In this document: positions 57,537 through 64,000 of the stretch, piece after piece
Position numbering within the stretch: the first letter of the stretch is position 1
Layout of the letters: the number at the start of each line of letters is the position of its first letter
Assembly: GCA_038231275.1 (NCBI GenBank)
Contig: JBBRLQ010000022.1
Span: 32,001-96,000 of the forward strand
DNA from: Polyangiales bacterium
GTDB lineage: Bacteria > Myxococcota_A > Polyangia > Polyangiales > Polyangiaceae
DNA length: 64,000 bases
Direction of reading: 5' to 3'
Notes under the pieces: model-generated
The model's input: the letters and a program-made list of their open reading frames with translations, nothing else
Database searches by the model: none
What the model was told of the DNA's origin: nothing
Position numbers and translations under genes: made by a program

Positions 57537-58511
57537 ATGTCGGGCGCGCTTGGCTCCTGGGTCACCGCTTCGCTCTTCCTGGCGTGCTCGGGCGCGGCGG
57601 GGTGCGGGGGCACGGCGGTCACCCTGCACGCGCCACGGTGCGCGAAGAGCGCCGCCCGCGAAGAGCCCGCGCGCGTCGAAGTAGAGCCCATGACCGCGCG
57701 GCCCGACGCGGCGGCGGACTCCAATGTCGCCCTCGGTCACCCGGGACCCGCGGAGGTCCTGACGAGCGGGATGAAAGAGGAGCTCTCGGCGCGCGCGCTG
57801 ACGGGCGGCGCGCCGGGGGGCTACCGCGTGCGGTGCACGATGGATCGGTTCGCGCTGCGCGCGCGCGTCGGCATGGTCGGGACGGCGACGATCGCCGCGC
57901 TGTACGTGGACCTCGCGTGCGCGATCGAGACGATCGACGCGCCCAAGCTCGTGTGGCGGGGCGCCTTGCGCGCGCGTTCGGCGGCGACGGCCACGACGCC
58001 GCTCGCGAGCGAGACGGCGCTCGTGCAGTCGCTCGCCGATCGCGCGATGAGCGACGCGTCGCGCGAGCTCGCCAGCGATCTGGCGGTGCGCGTCCTCGGG
58101 CTCGGCGGCGGGCCGAGCGCGCGCGTGTTCGCGGACGAAGCGGCGCGGGCGGCGTCGAGCGGCGTCGACGACACGCTCTTCGGCGGCGCCGGCCTCTCCG
58201 AGGCCCCCGATCGCGCCGCGCTCGCACTCCCGAGCTTGCGCGATCTCGATCCCTCCGTCCGCGCGGCCGCGTGGAACGCCGTCGCGCTCGCGATGGGACC
58301 CGGCGACCGCTGGTTCGCAGGCGATCCGGTCATGGATGACGACGCCGTCGTCCGCTTCTACGAGTACAAGGCCCTCGCCCGACACGCCGAGCCGTCGTCG
58401 CTCGCGAAACTCGGGCAAGCGCGCAAACGCGAAGAGGAGCCGTGGCTGCAGGAGCTCCTCACCGACGCGCTCGCGACCGGCGGTCTCGGGCTGCCCCGGC
58501 GGCCTCGGTGA
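57537..58511 (+). CDS. Hypothetical lipoprotein with a C-terminal HEAT-like helical region
   Basis: Signal ending FLAC; LRDLDPSVRAAA and DDDAVVR HEAT-like motifs. Confidence 0.68.
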   Translation: MSGALGSWVTASLFLACSGAAGCGGTAVTLHAPRCAKSAAREEPARVEVEPMTARPDAAADSNVALGHPGPAEVLTSGMKEELSARALTGGAPGGYRVRCTMDRFALRARVGMVGTATIAALYVDLACAIETIDAPKLVWRGALRARSAATATTPLASETALVQSLADRAMSDASRELASDLAVRVLGLGGGPSARVFADEAARAASSGVDDTLFGGAGLSEAPDRAALALPSLRDLDPSVRAAAWNAVALAMGPGDRWFAGDPVMDDDAVVRFYEYKALARHAEPSSLAKLGQARKREEEPWLQELLTDALATGGLGLPRRPR

Positions 58512-58590
58512 GGATGCCCGCCGCCCCGCGAACGACGCTCGGGATTTCCCGCGGACTGGGCGGATAGGCTCGGCGGCGTCGACACGTCGC

Positions 58591-59958
58591 TCAGGCCGCC
58601 GCCGTGATGCGTCGTGGATTCGCCGGGAGTCGAACGAAGGCGAGCGCCGTGACGAGCGGGACGACGACGAGGCCGTACCGACCTGCGCCGAAGAACACCC
58701 CGTGCGCGAGGGCTGTGATCGCGATGACGAGCGCCGCCCACGGGACGACGAGCGGAAGCTCTGCCACGCGCCGTCGACCGAGCAGCACGACCACGAGGGT
58801 CACCGCGAGGTAGGCAGGCCACGCGTGCTCCGTGACGGCGAAACCGGCCGCGACGAACGCGATCGCCGCGCGCGTGATGGATCGCGGCCCCGGCAGTCGC
58901 GCCACCGCGAGCAGCGCGCCGAGGAGGAGGAGGCGCGCCGCGACCGTCTCGAACGCGCCGAGCGCGAGCTTGTCCACGTCGCGGAGCACGCTGCCGTTCG
59001 CGGCGTGGAGGTACCACGGGGCCGCGCCGAAATAATCGAACGTCGCGGCGAGCTTCGACGGCGTCTTCGCGAGCCACGTGCCTGGCGATCGCACGATCGC
59101 TTCGCGGCCCGCGCGCTCGAAGCACGCGTCTTTTCCCGCCTCGTCCCATACGGTCCGACACTCCACCGGCACGTCGAGCTCGGTCCACGCGCCGGTCGTC
59201 GTCTGCGCGCCGATGAGGAGGTTCCATCCGCCGTTGACGCTCACGAGCGCGCACCGCTGCATGCGGACACAGTTGCGCGCGGTCCACGGCGCGCAGATCG
59301 CGAGGGCGACACACGCGACGCACGCAGCCGCCGCGGCGCGCGCGCGGAGGGTCGCGCCGGACGCCAGCGCCATGGCGCCGAGCGCCGGGGCGAGGACGAG
59401 GCACTGCGGGCGCACCAGCGTCGCGACGCCCATCACCATCCCTGCCGCGACCAACCACGCCGCGCGCCTTCGCCCCTCATGATCGCGCGACGCCGCCGCG
59501 ACCGCCGCCGCGATCACGACGAGCCCCGAGGTGACTCCCTCGGTCATGATCGCGGAGGTGTACGGAACGAGCGCCGGGTGGATCGCGACGACGATCGCTC
59601 CCGCGTACGCCGCCAGGCGCGAGGTGGCGCGGAGGAGCAGCCGATGCGTCGCGACCGCCGCCGCCGCACCGATGAGTCCGTTCACGGCGCCGGCGACGAA
59701 GGGCCCTGCACCGAACGCGGCGTACGCGAGGGCGAGGAGCGCCGGGTAGCCCACCGGATAGTGTGCGACGTACGTCACCGCGCCGTCGGGCCAGGCCCAC
59801 GTGTAGCCCTGACCGTGCGCGAGGCGCGTCGCGAGGGCGTCGTAGTAGACGCCGTCCGCCACCGCCGGGAACGAGACACCCGCCCACGCCAGCCACGCCG
59901 CGCGCGCCGCCAGCGCCGCGAGCGCGACGAGGAGCGTCTCACGCGTAGCGCCCTTCAC
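58591..59958 (-). CDS. Membrane glycosyltransferase (GT-C/PMT-like, GT39-related)
   Basis: DGVYY..LA.RLA.G.GY, PVGYP, MTE, LVRP, PWTARN, NGGWNL.IG motifs and multiple TM segments; GTG start overlaps the maf stop. Confidence 0.75.
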   Translation of the reverse strand: MKGATRETLLVALAALAARAAWLAWAGVSFPAVADGVYYDALATRLAHGQGYTWAWPDGAVTYVAHYPVGYPALLALAYAAFGAGPFVAGAVNGLIGAAAAVATHRLLLRATSRLAAYAGAIVVAIHPALVPYTSAIMTEGVTSGLVVIAAAVAAASRDHEGRRRAAWLVAAGMVMGVATLVRPQCLVLAPALGAMALASGATLRARAAAAACVACVALAICAPWTARNCVRMQRCALVSVNGGWNLLIGAQTTTGAWTELDVPVECRTVWDEAGKDACFERAGREAIVRSPGTWLAKTPSKLAATFDYFGAAPWYLHAANGSVLRDVDKLALGAFETVAARLLLLGALLAVARLPGPRSITRAAIAFVAAGFAVTEHAWPAYLAVTLVVVLLGRRRVAELPLVVPWAALVIAITALAHGVFFGAGRYGLVVVPLVTALAFVRLPANPRRITAAA

Positions 59959-60581
59959 GTCGCGATGAGCCCGAGCGCGCCGAGCGCGACCGCGACCTCG
60001 CACGCGGGGAGGCCCACGACGTTCGTGTACGAGCCAGAGATTCGCGGGACGAGCGCGGCCCCCTTCCCTTGCACCGCGTAGCCGCCCGCCTTGTCGAGCC
60101 CCTCGCCGCTCGCCGCATAGGCGCGGATCTCGGCGGCCGTGAGCGCGCGAAACGCGACGAGCGTGGTGACCGTCTCGGCGTGCGCCGGCGCCTCTCCGAT
60201 CGCACGCGCGCTCCGCGCGATCGCAAAGCGCGTCTTCACCTCGTGCGCGCGCCCGGCGAGCCGTGCGATCATCTGCTCGGCTTCGGCGGCGCCTTCGGGT
60301 TTTCCGAGGATCGCGCCGTCGACGATCACGCTCGTGTCTGCGACGAGGATCGCCATCGCCCGCGCGCGCAGATCCGCGGGGAGCGCGCTCGTCACCGCGT
60401 CGAGCTTTGCGCACGCGATCCGGACGAGGTACGCGTCGGCCTCTTCGCCCTCGTGGACGGTCTCGTCGGCCTGGCCGACGACGGTGACGTGGGGGATCCC
60501 GAGGCTCGTCAGGATCTCCCGCCGGCGCGGCGATCCGCTGCCGAGCACCAGAGGCGACGCGTCGCTCAAGAACGAGGGCAC
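59955..60581 (-). CDS. maf: Maf-family nucleoside triphosphate pyrophosphatase
   Basis: LVLGSGSPRRREIL, ADT, ILGKP, DKAGGYAVQG, GSYTNVVGLP. Confidence 0.93.
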   Translation of the reverse strand: MPSFLSDASPLVLGSGSPRRREILTSLGIPHVTVVGQADETVHEGEEADAYLVRIACAKLDAVTSALPADLRARAMAILVADTSVIVDGAILGKPEGAAEAEQMIARLAGRAHEVKTRFAIARSARAIGEAPAHAETVTTLVAFRALTAAEIRAYAASGEGLDKAGGYAVQGKGAALVPRISGSYTNVVGLPACEVAVALGALGLIAT

Positions 60582-60668
60582 GACGCCTCTCTAAAGCAGA
60601 AGTGGTTCGACCGGAACGGCAAACGACGCATGCGACCCGGGCCGCGGCCGTGGTAGCGTGGCACCCAC

Positions 60669-61967
60669 ATGCGAGGCCTCTGCACCGTCGCGCTCGTGAG
60701 CGCCGCGATCGCCCTCCTCTCCACGCGCGCGCGCGCCTCCGAGAACTGTGGCAGCCCGCTCGTGACGACGTGCATCAACAGCGACACGCTCTGGCCTCAC
60801 GCCGGACCGTCGCAATTTCTCACCGTGGGCGGCACCGAAACGGTCGCGAAGGGGCAGGTCGGCTTCGGGCTCTTCGCGACGTACCTCTCGCGCCCGATCA
60901 CGCTTCACCTTCCGTCGCCCGGCCCGGGCGGCAGCAGCCAGTACGCCGTCAACGATCAGGTGAACGGTACGTTCCTCTGGGCATACGGCGTGACCGATCG
61001 CCTGGAGCTCGACGTCGCATTGCCCGTGACGTTCGGCCAGGGCGGCGCGGGCACCGAGCCGATCACCGGCGGCGCGGGGCTCCAAGACACCGCGCTCCGC
61101 GATCTGCGCTTCGGCGCCGCCTACGCCATCGTCCCGCGCGCGCGACGCGACGCCGAGCGCCAGTCGACCTGGTCCCTCACCGGGCGTTTCGAGACGAGCG
61201 CGCCCACCGGCGACGAGGATCAGTTCGCCGGCGAGCGCTCCGCGGTCTTCCTGCCGAGCGTGGCCGCCGACGCGCGCTACCGCCGCATCTTCGTCGGCGC
61301 GGAGGTCGGCGCACGCCTCCGCCCCACCGCCGAGCTCGCCGGGGCGCGCGTCGGCTCGCAGCTCCTCTTCGCGCTCGGCGCCGGCTACGACATCCTGCCG
61401 CGTCGCGATCTCCTGGGAATCATGCTGGAGGCGCGCGCGCTGCCGACGCTCTCCGAGCAACACGATCTCAACCCGACCGCGCAAGGTCTCGTGAGCACGC
61501 CCAACGGCAAGCACATCGTGCCCGCCGAGTGGACGCTCGCTGCGCGAACGGCGCCCATCGCGGGCGGCGACTTCGTCCTCCACGCGGGCGGCGGCGGGCC
61601 CTTGACGACCGACGCCCCCATCACCTCGCCGCGCTTCCGGTTCATGCTCGGCGTCCGCTACGCGCCTCTTCAGCGCGACAGCGACGGCGACGGCGTCCTC
61701 GATCGGGACGATCGCTGCCCGCACCACGCCGGCTCCATCGCCTCGGGCGGCTGCGAGCCCGACAAGGCCGCCGAAAAGCCCGTCTTCGAAATGCGCCCGG
61801 GAAATCCGGCGTGCGACGACGATCCCGACACCGTCGACGGCTTCACCGACGACGCGTGCCCCGACGAGGACGCCGACAAAGACGGCGTCGACGATCGCCA
61901 CGACAAGTGCCCCTCCCAGGCGGAAGACTTCGCAGGCCTCCCCGACGGCTGTCCGGAGACTCGATGA
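60669..61967 (+). CDS. Outer-membrane beta-barrel protein with thrombospondin type-3 (Ca-binding) repeats, TraB-like but without an OmpA domain
   Basis: Signal ending ARA-S; amphipathic strands ending FRFMLGVRY; DSDGDGVLDRDDRCP, DADKDGVDDRHDKCP, PDGCP. Confidence 0.75.
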   Translation: MRGLCTVALVSAAIALLSTRARASENCGSPLVTTCINSDTLWPHAGPSQFLTVGGTETVAKGQVGFGLFATYLSRPITLHLPSPGPGGSSQYAVNDQVNGTFLWAYGVTDRLELDVALPVTFGQGGAGTEPITGGAGLQDTALRDLRFGAAYAIVPRARRDAERQSTWSLTGRFETSAPTGDEDQFAGERSAVFLPSVAADARYRRIFVGAEVGARLRPTAELAGARVGSQLLFALGAGYDILPRRDLLGIMLEARALPTLSEQHDLNPTAQGLVSTPNGKHIVPAEWTLAARTAPIAGGDFVLHAGGGGPLTTDAPITSPRFRFMLGVRYAPLQRDSDGDGVLDRDDRCPHHAGSIASGGCEPDKAAEKPVFEMRPGNPACDDDPDTVDGFTDDACPDEDADKDGVDDRHDKCPSQAEDFAGLPDGCPETR

Positions 61968-62806
61968 AATCGCTCACGACCGAAAAAGTACGCCACCTCG
62001 TCGTCCGCGCGGATCAGGCGGACACGCTCCCCGACTCGCTCGTCACCGAGCTTCGCGACCAAGCGGTCACGTGCGGCTTCGTGCGCGGTAGCGGCGTCCT
62101 CCGCGACGTTTCGCTGCGCGCGTACTCGAGCGAGCTCGGAGGCCTCGCGCCGCCGCGCTTCATCGCCGGGCCCGTCCACGTGCTCTCGCTCGAGGGAAGC
62201 GTGGGCCTCTCAGGCGGCGACATCTCGCTCGGCCTCCGCGCCGTCCTCGGACGCGAGACCGAGCGCGGAATGGAGACCTTCGCAGGTGAGCTCGTCAGCG
62301 CCCGAGTGGTGGGCCTCGAGCTCCTCGTCGCCGCCTTCGACGAGCACGCCGCGCCGCGCGCGCTCGATCCCCTCGCGAAGATCTGGCTCCTCGGCGAGGG
62401 TGACCCGTCGAAGGCGCCGGCCATCCGCCGCGAGGCCCGCCCCGAGCTCTCCCCCGCGGCTGCGTTCAGCGAGGCGATCGCTGCGAGCGCCGCAACGGCA
62501 GCCACCGTCTCGAGTGCCGAGCGACCTCGGCCGCCCTCACCGCTCACCGGCACGGGCCCCGTCGTCCCCCAAAGACCCGTCCGCGTGCAGATAGAGGAGG
62601 AGCTCGCGCTCGTCCCCGAAACCGGATCGATCGTCGACCACTTCGCGTTCGGCAAATGCGACGTCATCAAGAGCGAGGACGATCGCCTCTACCTCAAGAT
62701 GCACCGCGACGGCCGCATCAAAGAGATCGCCCTCGAAATGCTCAAAGTAACGCCCCTCGAGGACGAGGACGGCAAGAAGAGCTACCGCCTCGCCCGGCGT
62801 CTCTGA
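61964..62806 (+). CDS. PPC/DUF296-domain protein with an extra C-terminal small domain
   Basis: GFVRGSGVLRDVSL, LSLEGSV, FAGEL pattern; ATGA overlap with the upstream gene. Confidence 0.68.
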   Translation: MKSLTTEKVRHLVVRADQADTLPDSLVTELRDQAVTCGFVRGSGVLRDVSLRAYSSELGGLAPPRFIAGPVHVLSLEGSVGLSGGDISLGLRAVLGRETERGMETFAGELVSARVVGLELLVAAFDEHAAPRALDPLAKIWLLGEGDPSKAPAIRREARPELSPAAAFSEAIAASAATAATVSSAERPRPPSPLTGTGPVVPQRPVRVQIEEELALVPETGSIVDHFAFGKCDVIKSEDDRLYLKMHRDGRIKEIALEMLKVTPLEDEDGKKSYRLARRL

Positions 62807-62848
62807 GCGACCCACCGCGCTGGACTTGCACCGACGGGCGACCGGGCT

Positions 62849-63763
62849 CTATGCCGGCGTCTCGGCGATCGTCGCGGCGCGCGCGCCGAGGGAGAGCGTC
62901 TCGCCGGCCTTCGCGTGGGCGAATTTGATCATCGCCAACGCCACCGGCGCGCCGAGGGTCGGGCTGTGCGCCGCGCTCGTCACCTGGCCGACGACGTCCC
63001 CGGAGGTCGTCGTCACGCTGTCTCCCTTGGACGGGACCTCCCCGGCCGCGAGGACCAGCGGCATCAGCTTGCGCTTCACGTGGCCGCGCATCTCGAGCAT
63101 GCAGACGACCTCCTGTCCGAGGTAGCAGCCCTTGTCGAAGGAGACCGCGCGCTTCTCGAGCGACGCTTCTTGCGGGTACATCGTCGTGTCGAAGTCGACT
63201 CCGAACCGCGGGACGCCGCGCTCGAGGCGCAACGCGTCCCAGCCCGCGTCGTCGCCCATCGCGCAGACCTCTGCGAGCTTCGCGCGGATTTGCGCGTCGA
63301 CCGCGGGATCCTTCGGCGAGAGGACGATCGCGCCGCCGAGCCCGGTCGCGTCGAACGCCGCGCCGTGCGCGCCCGCCGCACGCGCGGCCTCGAGCGCCGC
63401 TTCTGCCTTCGGGCCGTGCACGAACGCAACGGTCAGCTCGCCCACCGCGCCCATCTCCGCGTCCTCCATCACGAGGTATTTGTCGAACGCGGCGCGCAGG
63501 GCCTCGATTTCGCTGGCCGGCGCGACCACGAGCACGCGATCGGCGTCCGCGACGAAGACGAGATCGGCGAGCATTCGGCCCTTCTGGGCGACCGCCAGGC
63601 CATACGCCGCGGCCCCCGGCTGGAGCTTCGTCAGGTCGCACGTCACGAGGCCGTTGAGCCAAGTGGCTCGATCGGCGCCGCGCACCGGTAGGACGGCGAG
63701 CCCCGGCGCGGAGACGTAGAGGGCGCCGGTCCGAGCGGCGCGTACCTGCGAAGCGACATCCAT
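62849..63763 (-). CDS. ygfZ: Folate-binding YgfZ/GcvT-family protein
   Basis: GADR..WLNGLVT.D and the signature SFDKGCYLGQEVV, GQVTS. Confidence 0.9.
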   Translation of the reverse strand: MDVASQVRAARTGALYVSAPGLAVLPVRGADRATWLNGLVTCDLTKLQPGAAAYGLAVAQKGRMLADLVFVADADRVLVVAPASEIEALRAAFDKYLVMEDAEMGAVGELTVAFVHGPKAEAALEAARAAGAHGAAFDATGLGGAIVLSPKDPAVDAQIRAKLAEVCAMGDDAGWDALRLERGVPRFGVDFDTTMYPQEASLEKRAVSFDKGCYLGQEVVCMLEMRGHVKRKLMPLVLAAGEVPSKGDSVTTTSGDVVGQVTSAAHSPTLGAPVALAMIKFAHAKAGETLSLGARAATIAETPA

Positions 63764-63880
63764 GATCGTACCTATGCCCCTTCCGCACGCGCCGGCGCAA
63801 GCCCCCGAGGAGCCGCCCGGCCACGTCTAAGCCTCGAAAATATTTGACGGTCGCTCTGTCCCGCGGCACACATCCCAACA

Positions 63881-64000
63881 GTGACCATCGGCGTCGTCCT
63901 GAACCCGCGCAGTCGCAGGAACCTTCGGGACCCGCGCGCCGCGAGCCGATTGGCCAGGACGCTCGGCGACAACGGTGTGGTGCGTGAAGCTCGCACCTTG
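63881..64000 (+). CDS. Partial CDS, probable diacylglycerol-kinase-family N-terminus
   Basis: Manual translation from the GTG at 63881 gives MTIGVVLNPRSRRNLRDPRAASRLARTLG; NPxS is typical of DAGK-family N-termini. TTGACG at 63844. Confidence 0.55.
   Translation, partial: MTIGVVLNPRSRRNLRDPRAASRLARTLGDNGVVREARTL

Overview
High-GC (roughly 70% by eye) bacterial chromosomal DNA with about 60 densely packed genes. It is very probably from Myxococcota, in the Polyangiales/Sorangiineae: the evidence is a MYXO-CTERM motif, Cys-rich lipoproteins with DAG/DSG linkers, tandem vWA lipoproteins and a sigma32-like factor. No mobile element, prophage, CRISPR array, tRNA or rRNA was found. Recognisable housekeeping content is yicC-gmk-mtnP-pfkB, trpG-trpD-trpC-xerD, rpmB, yggX, an erpA/iscA-family gene, an rpoH-like sigma factor, a SahR-like regulator with metH, RNase P RNA (rnpB, minus strand), maf and ygfZ. 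The most notable locus is a sulfur-carrier cysteine operon on the minus strand (14.8-19.0 kb): Rrf2(CymR-like)-cysK-moeB-cysO(Ubl)-small ORF-cysM-mec(JAMM). Its MoeB/E1 lacks the N-terminal RYxRQ arginine-finger segment, while a separate 93-aa ORF carries that segment on a catalytically dead, minimal E1 scaffold. This suggests a bacterial heterodimeric E1 that parallels eukaryotic APPBP1-UBA3 and SAE1-SAE2. Other notable items are a 1408-aa BPI/LBP-like protein with an internal MYXO-CTERM followed by a second lipoprotein-like signal (possible polyprotein), a CysK-binding-type C-terminal YVI tail on the Rrf2 regulator, a perfect 30-bp palindrome abutting a probably leaderless sahR start, an operon of two apparent pseudoenzymes (DUF72-like and GGT-like), an orphan FliK-like domain protein and a fused GltD/NfnB-PyrK/NfnA oxidoreductase next to yggX. 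All functional calls come from motif recognition by eye; no searches were run.
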